A stretch of DNA of 63,987 nt, the filler included, from Octopus bimaculoides (Eukaryota), in assembly GCF_001194135.2 (NCBI RefSeq). It is 7 parts of 6 records of this genome, joined end to end, with 100 filler letters (N's around TTAATTAATTAA, not from the genome) between each part and the next. Parts side by side here need not be neighbours in the genome. Positions count along the whole stretch, not along the records: positions 27,911 to 34,049 come from NC_068993.1; positions 34,150 to 39,397 come from NC_069002.1; positions 39,498 to 58,601 come from NC_068985.1; 4 more parts are not named here. One strand, given 5' to 3'. This document shows, piece after piece, positions 27,911 through 40,820 of this stretch. Made by a program: the position numbers and the translations under genes. The notes below the pieces were generated by a model. That model saw nothing but the letters and a program-made list of their open reading frames with translations, searched no databases and was not told the DNA's origin. Every line of letters begins with the position of its first letter. Within the stretch, counting starts at the first letter, position 1.

Positions 27911-28809
27911 TTTTTTTTTTTTTTTTTTTTTTTTTTAATAGTTTCAGCTTAGAGCTGCGGCCATGCTGATGTATATATATATATATTAATTATTTGCTTG
28001 TATAATATCGAATTATTATTTTTATTTGGAGATTACTCATGTATATCCTATATTCATGTTTTCAAAAATAAAAAAGAAGAGCGTTTATATACTTAGCAAA
28101 ATTTTACATTTAATGCGGTGCTTATAAAACGAATCCGATGCTAACGAAGGTCACGTCTTAGACAAAGAACAGCTATATATGCTGTAGAATTTCTTCAAAA
28201 TTTAATCCAATTCTATGCATAATTTTAGAAATTTGTCTTCAATTAACCACAAAGAATTAACTTCTTTCAAATGGCGAGTAATCATTTTAATATTTTGCGG
28301 ACGCATACCCACCCAGCTTGTCTGAATTTTTATAATTTCAAACTGATCACGTGTATTAAATATGGAAGCCGGTCTTTTATTTGTAGAATGCGGCGTAACT
28401 CTTTGGAATTTCACCAATAACTAATGAATAAAATATTTGTTCAGATTACTAATTGTCTACGTTTTGTTCCATACTTTGCAAAAACCAATCGTAAAATCAC
28501 CGTAGTTGTCAAAAGTATATTCTAAGTTACTTCTGTGTTTCATTCGTATCGATAATTCAACTGATGTATATATGTATATGTAGCTATCGAGCTATACAAG
28601 TAGGTAAGAAGGTAGATAGGTAGGTAGGTAGGTAGGTAGGTAGGTAGGTAGGTAGGTAGGTAGGTAGGTAGGTAGGTAAGTAGGTAAACAGATAGATAGT
28701 TTCTCAGACATGTTTCTCACCACGTCATGTCAATAATCGCATATTTAACACGAAATTCAAACACAATCTGCATGATTGCAAAAGATCAACGTCTTATTGC
28801 GCCGATTGG

Positions 28810-29190
28810 GTGGAGAGGTTTAAAGCGGATTTAATATATTCGCAATTGTGGATAAAGACAAACGTATAACAAATATTAACAAGTTACTCAATGAGAAAAA
28901 CAATTATATCAGGATTCAGTATGATAATACCGGTCAATTAAAAGTTAAGCTAAATAAACTAATTATTGAGTGATATGCACAAATAGCACCAACCAATTCA
29001 CAGAATCTCTAATCAGTTAGATAACATGATCAAACATTAGACATCTGAGGGATGCTCTAAGCAGACGTATGAAGAGTTCCTGGGTTTCTTAGAAGAAACT
29101 GATGTAGTGTACAGCATGTTTGTATTAGATCTAGAAAGTATGTTTGCCTAGGTTCCCGTGGAAGAACTATAGAAAATACCTTGTTATAAT
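28810..29190 (+). pseudogene. Penelope-like reverse transcriptase remnant
   Basis: 'NIFAIVDKD', 'DNTGQLKVKLNKLI', 'TYEEFLGFL...MFVLDLESMFA*VPVEE', comparable to the PLE motif SLDVESLFTNVPVDET. Confidence 0.6.
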
Positions 29191-29433
29191 CTGTATTCAA
29201 GTACCCAATTTATCAACTATTTATCAACTATTTATCAACGCATTTTAAGAGCGGTATTATACGCAAGTGAAACGTAGGCTACTTCGAAGAGGAGAGAACA
29301 TCGATTGGCTTCGATGCAAAGGAGCCATGGAAAGATCTATCCCAGGAATATAGTCATGCGAGCATATTCTAAGTGAGATAATTCGAGTACGGTGTGAACA
29401 ATGTGATTGCAGGATACCGAAAGCACAAGTTCC

Positions 29434-29645
29434 GCTGGCAGAATCGTTAGCACAGCGGGCGAAATGCTTCGCGGCATTTCGTCTACTTCTACGTTCTGAG
29501 TTCAAATTCCGCTGAAGTCGATCTTGCCTTTCATCCTTTCGGAGTCGATTAAATAAGTACCAGTTACGCACTAGGGTCGATGTAATCGACTTAATCCCTT
29601 CACCCAAAATTAAGGCCTTGTGCTTCCAGTAGAAAGAATTATATT
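29434..29645 (+). mobile_element. SINE family B
   Basis: Family B consensus, CpG-rich. Confidence 0.85.
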
Positions 29646-29844
29646 AATTCTAATAACAACACTTGCCGTATCCCTGATGCTTACTGGAAGGATAAAAGGA
29701 TAACAGTTAAGCTCGATAGGATATGGGCTGGAAACGGAACTAGCGAGAATAAACTGCACAAGGCAGTGCAGTCTCTTGGAGCCTCTAATGATTTTCCTCG
29801 AGCGACTGCATTGCCCTGGTGCTATATTCTGTCGACATCGGGGA

Positions 29845-30019
29845 AGGGACTAAGTCGATTACATCGACTCTTCTACCCAACTGGTACTTCTTTTATTGAA
29901 CCCGAAAGGATGAAAGGTAAAGTCGACCTCGGCAGAATTTGAACTCAGAGCATGCAGACGGAAGAAATGCTACTAAGCATTTGCCCGGCGTGTGCTAACG
30001 GTTCTGCCAGCTCGCCGCC
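29845..30019 (-). mobile_element. SINE family B (inverted relative to the 29434 copy)
   Basis: Reverse complement of family B, about 200 bp from the previous copy. Confidence 0.8.
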
Positions 30020-31131
30020 CTACACATTTTTGTTGACTTCAGAACTATGTAACAAAAAAGGTAATAAAAGAATAATGTTGGACTCGACAAAGTTTGAACC
30101 CAGAATATAAGGAGATAGAAGACATACTACAGTTTAGATGTAATGATTTCCCTATCCACCATTCTATGTAGTAATCCTTGCAATCCAGCCTTCTTTCGAT
30201 ACTGCTAAATCCAGCGCCCTAAACGAACAAACTATAAGGAAGTGAAATCGTTGGAGTTTTTTGAAATTGCTATTAAGATCTTTAGGATAATGTCTGTTAT
30301 AGATTTCACGTAAGATGAACATCACGAAGCGATCTAAACTGTTTACAGAGGAAATAAATTCCTGATAAGCTTAGCCAATTCCATTAATCAAAAAGCAATA
30401 TAATGTTTTTGAACCAAAAAAGATAGATAGCGATGTCAGTACGATTAATGCACGCACACACACACACACACACATACACACGCACATCTATTAATATGTA
30501 ATCTTCTAGTATTATTCCCTTTCAGAGATAACGAATAAGTATAAATCTTTTTCTAACCTGTAATGGCTGCCGCTTAGCGTGTCTCAAGATACGATGGGTT
30601 GTGTTTTGGAAGTTCTAAGGTTGCTGATTGAAACTACTCTCAGTAAACGTCCTTCCGATTAAACCTACTCTCATCATGATGCTTATAAAAACATTCAGTA
30701 ACATGCAACTTTAATATTTCCCATCTCTTCAGCACTTCCATCATTTCTACTAAAGAAAGTCATGTAATTATTCAATGCGGTATTACCCTAAGTTCGCGTT
30801 AGTGGCTTGGTAGAATTGTGAGAACGTAGGGCCAAACATTGTGCGAAGGGATAAAGATTTTGATACTTTAGATACTGAGTTCAAACTACGCCGACGTCAA
30901 ATCTGTCTTTTATCCATCCATGGTTGGTTAAATAAAGTTCCAGTGAAATAGTGAAGTCGATGTTATCCACTAATATTCTCCAATCAAATGTAAGTTCCTA
31001 TGCCTATATTAGTTTCATTGCTGTAAATTCGAGCTGGAATATTGGGGAAGAAAATGGTAGAATGTCAGACAAAATGTTTTGCGATATTTCATCATAAGTG
31101 CCTAATTACATATTATGAAGTTAGGCTCTAA

Positions 31132-31320
31132 AGTGGCGAGCTCGCAAAAATCTTAGTAATTGGTCCGTATTTACGTTCTCAGCTCAAATTCCGACGAAGT
31201 CGACTTTGCCTTTGATCCTTTCGGTGTCGATAAAATGAGTACTAGTCGAGCTCAGGGGTCGATGTAATCTACAAGCTCCCACCCACCAAAACGCTAGCCT
31301 TGTGATGAAATTTAAAGCCA
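31132..31320 (+). mobile_element. SINE family B, partly deleted
   Basis: 'gtcgactttgcctttgatcctttcggtgtcgataaaatgagtactag...ggggtcgatgtaatc'. Confidence 0.75.
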
Positions 31321-33033
31321 ATATTTAATCAGGCAATGTAAGTTAAACTTGCTCTGGATGACCCATGCAATGGGTTGTTTAACGAGATTTCGTGAATGCA
31401 ATGCGACCAAACACTGAAAATTTCGTGACTGAAACAAGTAAAAAAATGACAGAATAAAAGAACATATATATGTACGACAGGCTTCTTTCAGTTTCCGTCT
31501 ACCAAATCCACTTACAAGGCTTCGGTTGGGCAGATGCTATTGTAGAAAACACTTACCAGGTGCCACGCAGTTGGACTGAAACCAGAACCATGTGGCTGGT
31601 AAGCAGTCTGCTTACCACACAACCACAAAATGAAGTACGAATGAAGTAGTGAAGTAGATTCACTCGACTTCATCACTTTAGCTTGAATAATTTCGCTTCA
31701 TGCACTCTACGATGCTAGTTAAGAAGTTCTCATGACAATCACAATGTTCTAGTTTCGATCCATCTGCATGGCGGTTTAGATGTGTGTTTTTTTTATTTAT
31801 TTATTGTTAGTACATTCTCCAGATATAAAGAAGAGGGGGTGGTTATAACAGCAATGCTTGTGATCAGAGATCTAATAGTAAAGGGACTGGCCAAGGGCTA
31901 AATAACGACAACAACACGTTATAATAACAATATAAGATAACAATAGTTAACGAAATATAACAGTAGTGTATAATCCTGAATTAGTTTAAACGACCAACAC
32001 CAACGACATCAACATTAACATCAACAACAATATTACCACCACCACCGTTAACAACAACAACAACAACAACAATTGTCGTTGAATCACGCTTGGCAAACAT
32101 GAACGCAATTCAGATCTTTAACGATATTTTAATTAGACTTTGCCATTTCATTGTCAACGCAAACGAATTCTTCCGAAACAATATGGCCGACATTAAACAA
32201 CGAACAACTGTGACGATAGCCCTGACGACGTTAGACAAATGATGGCGATTGTGTTGGCGGCGGTGACTAAGGCGGCGGAGGAATTAATCTATACACACAG
32301 TTGTCCGTTCTTCTTACCTGGACTGCCATTACAAAACTAACCGTTAATTGTTTTCACCAACGGACCGTGTGGTTCACACCACACCAAACCGCTTTTCACC
32401 ACTCCGTACCGCTACCAAAACTCCTACGTAACCACTACCACGTCCACCGCAACTATATCAAATCGATAAAATCCTAAGATTGGTTAATATCGATCTGTTC
32501 CTATTGTATGAGATTATTGCATTGTACTGTGTTGCGTTGTATTGTATTTCTTGCGGCTGTATAATAACAGTAATAGCGAAGACAACGGTAACGAGCGGCG
32601 ATGGTGGAGGTGGTGACGGACGGCGGGGACCGTGCTGGAGGAANNNNNNNNNNNNNNNNNNNNNNNNNNNNNNNNNNNNNNNNNNNNNNNNNNNNNNNNN
32701 NNNNNNNNNNNNNNNNNNNNNNNNNNNNNNNNNNNNNNNNNNNNNNNNNNNNNNNNNNNNNNNNNNNNNNNNNNNNNNNNNNNNNNNNNNNNNNNNNNNN
32801 NNNNNNNNNNNNNNNNNNNNNNNNNNNNNNNNNNNNNNNNNNNNNNNNNNNNNNNNNNNNNNNNNNNNNNNNNNNNNNNNNNNNNNNNNNNNNNNNNNNN
32901 NNNNNNNNNNNNNNNNNNNNNNNNNNNNNNNNNNNNNNNNNNNNNNNNNNNNNNNNNNNNNNNNNNNNNNNNNNNNNNNNNNNNNNNNNNNNNNNNNNNN
33001 NNNNNNNNNNNNNNNNNNNNNNNNNNNNNNNNN

Positions 33034-33087
<54 letters not shown>

Positions 33088-33492
33088 TGGAGAGAGAGAG
33101 CAATAAATGATTGATTATGATAATGATCAAGAGCATGATCATCATCATGGTCATCACCATTGTTACTGTTATCGTCGTCATTCTCACCACGGACTTCCTT
33201 TTCGTCATTGTCATCGGCATCATCATCATCATCATCATCGTCATCATCAATATTATCATCATTGCCACCAGCTTCATTGCCATTCTTGTCGTCGTCATCG
33301 TCGTCGTCGTCGTCGTCGCAGCGGTCATCAACAACATGGCGACGACATGAAAATACACAACAACAACAACAACAACAACAACAGCAGCAGCAATAACAAC
33401 ACTATTTACAATCACGAAAGCATGGAAGAGCAGGAGAGAAAAGGAGGGAGAGGTCGAAACAAGCGGATGCGAGGAACAGGAGAAAAGATAGG

Positions 33493-33536
<44 letters not shown>

Positions 33537-34010
33537 TGAGAATAATAATAATCGATTAGATTGTTCAGTTGAAAAGGACCACCAACAACACATTACTTAC
33601 ACACAGTGTACTCACACACACACACACACTCATATACACACACAAGTACGCACTGGATATCACAAGGAGACATATATAGATTACGAGATAGGACACACAC
33701 ACACACATACACATACACACACATACACATTATGACACGCACGGATAAGCATATGTCCGCTTGCATACATGTAAGGATGTCCACAAACAAATGAATACAC
33801 ACTTGGAAATAAGTGTACACACACAAGCATAGTATTGCACAGATGGACACACATATATACATGCATAAATGTATATATATATGTGTGTGTGTATGTATAT
33901 GTACATGTGAATATATATATATGCATATATACATACAAATATGTACATTTGTATTACATATAGATATATACATATATATATGTATATGTATATGTCTATG
34001 TGTATATATT

Positions 34011-34049
<39 letters not shown>

Positions 34050-34149
34050 NNNNNNNNNNNNNNNNNNNNNNNNNNNNNNNNNNNNNNNNNNNNTTAATTA
34101 ATTAANNNNNNNNNNNNNNNNNNNNNNNNNNNNNNNNNNNNNNNNNNNN
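34050..34149. other. Artificial scaffold join
   Basis: N44-TTAATTAATTAA-N44. Confidence 0.95.
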
Positions 34150-34308
34150 AAATAGATCGTCTCAAGTGCCAGAATCTATAGAATCGAAAGAAGCAGAGAC
34201 TGAAAAACGATTTTTTGTTTATTCTCTTTTCTTCCTTTATCTCGCTCTTTGCAATTCTCTTCCCTCTCTGTGTAACTTAACTATCTATTTATCTATGGTT
34301 CAGCCCAA

Positions 34309-34367
<59 letters not shown>

Positions 34368-35100
34368 GTTTTAAAAGTTTTAAAGCTTTTTACAGTCCCA
34401 GTGACGAATTGGATCTGTAATCTTTGAATCAGCTTTCTCCTTTCTAGTTTTGAGAAGCCTAATTTCTCAAGATTGGCATTTAGACAGTGTGTTACATATC
34501 CCAGGGCCCCAATAATTACAGATATAAACCTGAACTTTTAATCTGGATAGAGTAACTGCAGACTTCTCAATAGTCCAGCGTAGGTGTTCTCTTTTCCACT
34601 GATCTTCAGCTTTGTGTTAACATCCGCTGGGCAGCTAATTTCCACAACTGTGCACAGTTTCTCTTCTCTATCCCTAATCATTATATCAGGTCTGTTGTGC
34701 TTACACATCATCGAGGTTTTCACTGGGACATACCACCAGTATTCCTTTTTATTACGAGTGGCTATGGCTTCCATCATACTGTGGGTTCATATTTCTTTAT
34801 CCTCGGGATTAACCTTTCGACGGATCTCGTTATACGATGTTCTAGTTACAACATCATGTCTTATCGGTAGATTAAACTGTGGTACCATTTTCGGACAATT
34901 GCTTATGATGTGGATGATATCGCTTGTCAAATTTTTCTGCTTTTCCTGCATCTCTATCTCTTTTGGGTATTTGGTTGATGTTTCCTGTTCCTGGATAGTA
35001 AGCGCATACCCTTCAAAGTGAGATGTAGTAATCCGGTTGTTGGTTCATGGTAGACTGCTTTGATGATCAATGTTGCTATCATCTCCGAGCTTTCTACTAA
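34368..35100 (-). mobile_element. R4/Dong-like lineage 2, CCHC + RLE fragment
   Basis: 'KEYWWYVPVKTSMMCKHNRPDIMIRDREEKLCTVVEISCPADVN...LQLLYPD', 'IIGALGYV'. Same lineage as 13560-14370. Confidence 0.85.
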
Positions 35101-35752
35101 CATATGTATGTATGTATGTATGTATGTATACACGCACAAACACATATTTATATAAACACACTCTTGCATACATACATACATACATGCATACATACATACA
35201 TACATACATGCATACAAGCGTATTTATATATTTATTTATTTATTCATGTTGGCAACATTTCCTCAATTGTGCAAATGAGAGCGAACAATTTAGCTCTGCC
35301 CGACTTTGTGAATAATATCATAAATAACTGTGAGTTTGTATTCCGCCCCTGGCCAGGACAGGTGGTCAATAATCGATTTCTGACGATGGATTAATAAATC
35401 TTGTGACTAGTCAAATTTATCTCTCTATCTGTCTGCACTTAGTGAGAGAAATAAATCGTGGTTTCAATATGGCATCTACGTTTGATCACGAGGCTATAAA
35501 ATATTTATTTCTTTATTGCCCACACGGGGCTAAACATAGAGGGGACAAGCAAGGACAGACAAAGGGATTAAGTCAATTACATCGACCCCAGTACGTAACT
35601 GGACCCCGAAAGAATGAAAGGCAAAGTTTACCGTGGTGGAATTTCAACTCAAAACGTAAAGACAGACGAAAGAAAGGCTATAAAATATTGCGTACAATTA
35701 CTGATAGCAATTATTTATATTTAACGGATATTTGTCCTCATCTTGTTTGTTG

Positions 35753-36244
35753 GTTACTCGCTTAACTGTTCTCCACGCATAATAATCAAGGGGGTTGCAG
35801 TCTGGGGAGTTAGATGACCAGATGTTAGGGGTGATGTCGCAGAAACTGTCTGACAGCCGTGAATGGCTTCTCCTGCTTGTGGGGCATAATGCCGAGAAGC
35901 CTCCGTGTTGAGCCTGAAGCCGTATGGCTACTGATCCCTCCAAACACCATTATGTTCACTGGATGTTTGCTTTTTATCACTCTCGGTATATGTCCACAGA
36001 TTGCACTGTCTTCAGATTGAGACACAAACACTCAGAAATGTTCGACTTGGAGCTTCCGGCGAAAATGTCAAGCAGTACATGTCGTTTCCAAATTTGTGGC
36101 AGAGTGAATTGCGTCATAGTGCTGTTTTTCTCACTGACGGTGCCCAACTTACCCTACTATACTGTGTAGTCGGAAAAATTAAAAACAAACAATGTGCAAA
36201 ATAAAAAATATGAAATGGCGACAATTTACCCATCGCATCCTGTA
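35753..36244 (-). pseudogene. Internally deleted Tc1/mariner-superfamily transposon (maT/DD37D-like)
   Basis: Terminus TA|CAGGATG; N-terminus 'MTQFTLPQIWKRHVLL...NISECL'; 'HPVNIMVFGGISS'; 'WSSNSPDCNPLDYY' with D at the third catalytic position. Confidence 0.7.
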
Positions 36245-37127
36245 TATGTAGCTACCCTCTCTTTCTACATACACATAGACACATGCATACATTCACACAT
36301 GCATACATACATAAATACACATACACATACATACATATATGTATATAGACACATACATACACACATACATACATAGATACATACATACACACATGCACAC
36401 ATACATACATGCATATAGATATACACACACATACATACACACACATACACGCATGCATACATACACACACATACACGCATGCATGCATACATACACACAT
36501 ACATACACACACACACACATATACATACATTCATACATACATACATGCATACAAACACTCACACATAGAGACACACACATACACACATACCTGAACACCT
36601 ATCTCCCTCCCTCCCTGCCAAGCATCTCCTCCTAAGTCTGTTTGGTACAGTTTGAGATATTTTGGCATCCGTCCGTTCGTTACTCTTGCTTCCAGCCAAC
36701 GTTTCCTTTGCAGCCAACACAGGTCATCGCAGATCAACATGATATAAAATCAACAACTGAGAAGCTATATTTCTAAGACCCTCCCTCTCCCACTCCCACT
36801 CATACGTTCACTCTCACTCACCGGAGGAGACTCAAGCATTCCTTAAATATCTCAGCATTATGTGTATAAGTTTACAGCTTACAGTCTTTCTTATTCACTA
36901 TTTTTATTCAACTCATTCACGTTTACGCTCTCTCACCCACTCTGTCACTCACTCTATCACTCATTCTATCACTCACTCACTCATTCACTCATTCTGCCAT
37001 TCTCAACCTTAGAAACACTGGAGAATTCTTTAGTCACATTGAAGCGATAAAGAGGAACTCTTCAGTCACACTAAACGCAAGAGTTAAACTGACTACTTAC
37101 ATCGACCATATCGACTAACAACAGCTT

Positions 37128-37471
37128 GAGGCGCATGGATCCGTGGTAAGTGCGTTGGGTTGAGAGTCATCAAGTAATGAGTTCGATTCCCGGACCGGAC
37201 TGTGTGTTATATTCTTGAGCAAGACATTTTATTCCATGTTGTCCCAGTTCACTCAGCTGTAGAAATGAGTTGCGACGTCAATGGTGCCAAGCCGTATCGG
37301 CCCCTTTGCCTTTCCCTTGGACAACATCGGTGGCATGGAAAGGGGAGGTTGGTATGCATGGGCGACTGCTGGTCTTCCATAAACAGCCTTGCCCAGACTT
37401 GTGCCTCGGAAGGTAACTTTCTAGGCGCAATCCCATGGTCATTCATGACCGAAGGGCGTCTTTACTTTACC
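37128..37471 (+). mobile_element. tRNA-derived SINE, family C
   Basis: Head 'ggcgcatggatccgtggtaag...gagttcgattcccgg' (B-box), central 'ttgagcaagaca...ccagttcactcagctgtagaaatgagt'. Confidence 0.8.
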
Positions 37472-37598
37472 TTGAACTTAAACTTAATAACCCATGCCCT
37501 AAAACAAGAACAACAAATTATTATTATTATCATTATTTTGTCCTTACATGTTTTTCATTTATATTAGCCCTTGTGGCCAATAAAACAAGAATCAATTA

Positions 37599-37657
<59 letters not shown>

Positions 37658-39337
37658 GTCAAATACAGCGTACTTAATACCGCATTACTTAATGCGTTTT
37701 CCCTCCTCCACGTCTACCCTGACTCCGTTCCGACGTCAACCCCCTCCACCCCACCCCAACCGCAACCACACCNNNNNNNNNNNNNNNNNNNNNNNNNNNN
37801 NNNNNNNNNNNNNNNNNNNNNNNNNNNNNNNNNNNNNNNNNNNNNNNNNNNNNNNNNNNNNNNNNNNNNNNNNNNNNNNNNNNNNNNNNNNNNNNNNNNN
37901 NNNNNNNNNNNNNNNNNNNNNNNNNNNNNNNNNNNNNNNNNNNNNNNNNNNNNNNNNNNNNNNNNNNNNNNNNNNNNNNNNNNNNNNNNNNNNNNNNNNN
38001 NNNNNNNNNNNNNNNNNNNNNNNNNNNNNNNNNNNNNNNNNNNNNNNNNNNNNNNNNNNNNNNNNNNNNNNNNNNNNNNNNNNNNNNNNNNNNNNNNNNN
38101 NNNNNNNNNNNNNNNNNNNNNNNNNNNNNNNNNNNNNNNNNNNNNNNNNNNNNNNNNNNNNNNNNNNNNNNNNNNNNNNNNNNNNNNNNNNNNNNNNNNN
38201 NNNNNNNNNNNNNNNNNNNNNNNNNNNNNNNNNNNNNNNNNNNNNNNNNNNNNNNNNNNNNNNNNNNNNNNNNNNNNNNNNNNNNNNNNNNNNNNNNNNN
38301 NNNNNNNNNNNNNNNNNNNNNNNNNNNNNNNNNNNNNNNNNNNNNNNNNNNNNNNNNNNNNNNNNNNNNNNNNNNNNNNNNNNNNNNNNNNNNNNNNNNN
38401 NNNNNNNNNNNNNNNNNNNNNNNNNNNNNNNNNNNNNNNNNNNNNNNNNNNNNNNNNNNNNNNNNNNNNNNNNNNNNNNNNNNNNNNNNNNNNNNNNNNN
38501 NNNNNNNNNNNNNNNNNNNNNNNNNNNNNNNNNNNNNNNNNNNNNNNNNNNNNNNNNNNNNNNNNNNNNNNNNNNNNNNNNNNNNNNNNNNNNNNNNNTA
38601 TGTATATATATATATATATACATGCATGCGTGTGTTCGTCCCATATTTTGCCCTTATATATTCATTTTCCACTTTGACATTTGGTGTTACGTTCCTTCAG
38701 AGATGTGAGCGAGATTGTTGTTGTTGTTGTTGTTGTTGTTGCTAGATTAGTCGTTGTTGTTGTTGTTGCTCTTTGCTGTTGCAACTGCTGTGTTGTTTAT
38801 TTGCAAGATCATTCAATGATAGAGCAGACATATAATCAAAGGCAATCGAACCGTGACCACCTTCTTTTATTGAACGTATATTCTAAAATTACAGTATCTA
38901 ACGCTGCATTTCGTTCCTTATGACAATAGAGAGGAATTTGAGGAAGATTTAGCTGCTACTTCTACCGTATCAAGACAACCACGCAGGGACTCCCTCTTGT
39001 TTTTTGTTTTTCGTTGCATCCTCACCTCAACCCTCAAGATTAAACCTGTTAGAAATAGCAGTTAAATCGGCTTCAGAAAAAAACCTGCATTGATTTAACA
39101 ATAAGAACGAAGGTCAAATGGACTAATACATAATTGATAGATATAGGAAAATACGGGATGATGTCACGGCTGGAACGTCTTTGGTTCAACGTCGAGGGGT
39201 GTATATATGTATATATGCATATGTGCATTTATTTATATGTATATATGTAATATATGTATGTATGTATGTATGTATGTATTACATATATATATATGTGTGT
39301 GTGTGTGTGTGCCTGCGTGTGCGTGTGTGTGTGTGCC

Positions 39338-39397
<60 letters not shown>

Positions 39398-39497
39398 NNN
39401 NNNNNNNNNNNNNNNNNNNNNNNNNNNNNNNNNNNNNNNNNTTAATTAATTAANNNNNNNNNNNNNNNNNNNNNNNNNNNNNNNNNNNNNNNNNNNN
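39398..39497. other. Artificial scaffold join
   Basis: N44-TTAATTAATTAA-N44. Confidence 0.95.
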
Positions 39498-39533
<36 letters not shown>

Positions 39534-40249
39534 TATATTTATATACACACATACACACACACACCATATATATATGCATATATGTATACACACACATACA
39601 CACACACACCACACACACACACATGAATGTGTGTGTGTGTGGTGTGTGTGTGTATGTGAATGTTTGTGTATATGTATGTTTGCTGTGTGACCGTGTATGT
39701 GTTTACTCTAGTCTCAGCAGTCAGTGTCATTTATATTGTATCTTCTTTGACTTAGTGGTTTGACAAATAGGCATTAATAAAATAAGTACCAGAGTGAAAT
39801 AAGTACTAAGGTCGATAGCAATAACCCAGTATTTATTTCAACTAAATTCTTCAAGGTAGTATGGCTGCAGTCTAATGACTGAAACCAGCACAAGAAATAT
39901 ATTTTCAGTCAAGGTTATATTTAAACAAGATTCATATAAAAGTTTCAGAGTTCTTTCTATCATTTGTTATCATACTTTTATATTTAGTTTGTCAAGTTAT
40001 ATTATTTCCAAGAGGATATAGTGTTACATATCTTTTATGGGTTGTACTAATACTTCCACTCTGCTCAAATATCAACCAGTTTGATAGTTTTCATTTCTCT
40101 ACATCAGCATCCATGAATTTTAGTCCAACATTGAGCCAACAAACACCCAAATCACAAATCTTATTTCTTTCATTCTCTGCATCCAGTCCAACTCTTCTGC
40201 TGTGGTGCATTCTATATTCCACCTCTTTCCCACTCGCTTCTTTCATCTG

Positions 40250-40500
40250 GATGTCAGCCTCAAAGACTTCCATTTACCTTGGCTCAAAGTATCATTGCTC
40301 TAAATTCCTATGTTGTTTCCATCTTTCTTCAAACACTTTCAAACAGTGAAAAGTTCTTTGATTATCTCATATCCACACCTTTGTTGTCGTTATTCTCAGT
40401 GACTTCAATGCTCATAGCTCTTCTTAACTCTCACACTCCTCTCAGACTGGTACCGTTGCTAAATGATTTGCTATTATGAACTAATTACACCATTTAGTTA
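40250..40500 (+). pseudogene. LINE apurinic-like endonuclease remnant
   Basis: 'VVILSDFNAH' (APE GDFNAH motif) and 'FAIMN*LHHLV'; heavily decayed. Confidence 0.5.
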
Positions 40501-40572
40501 GTATCTTCATTAGATGACACTTTGCTGGTTAATGCTATCATGACAAATATCAGGTAATATCAGAGGTTATAA

Positions 40573-40788
40573 GGCAGTGAGCTGGCAGAATCGTTAGCAT
40601 GCCGGGTGAAATGCTTAGTGGTATTTCGTCTGTTTTCATGTTCTGAGTTCAAATTTCACCGAGGTTGACTTTGCCTTTCATCCTTTTGGGGTCAATAAAT
40701 TAAGTACTAGTTGTGTACTGGGGTCAATTTAATCGACTGGCCCCTCCCCCAAAATTTTGGGTCTTGTGCATAGAATAGAAAAGAATTT
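40573..40788 (+). mobile_element. SINE family B, CpG-decayed
   Basis: Family B with many CG>TG/CA changes, e.g. gcatgccgggtg, cttagtgg, ggttgact, ggtcaata. Confidence 0.85.
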
Positions 40789-40820
40789 CAGATGTTATAT
40801 TTTGGATACTTCTGCACCCT

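Noticed and set aside
28616-28685. (TAGG)n as an interstitial telomere
   Set aside because: It is not TTAGGG; it is an ordinary tetranucleotide microsatellite, also seen as (CCTA)n at 7056.
33107-33593. His/Arg/Asn-rich ORFs
   Set aside because: Degenerate (CAT)/(CGT)/(AAC)/(AAT) repeats with no splice or domain support.
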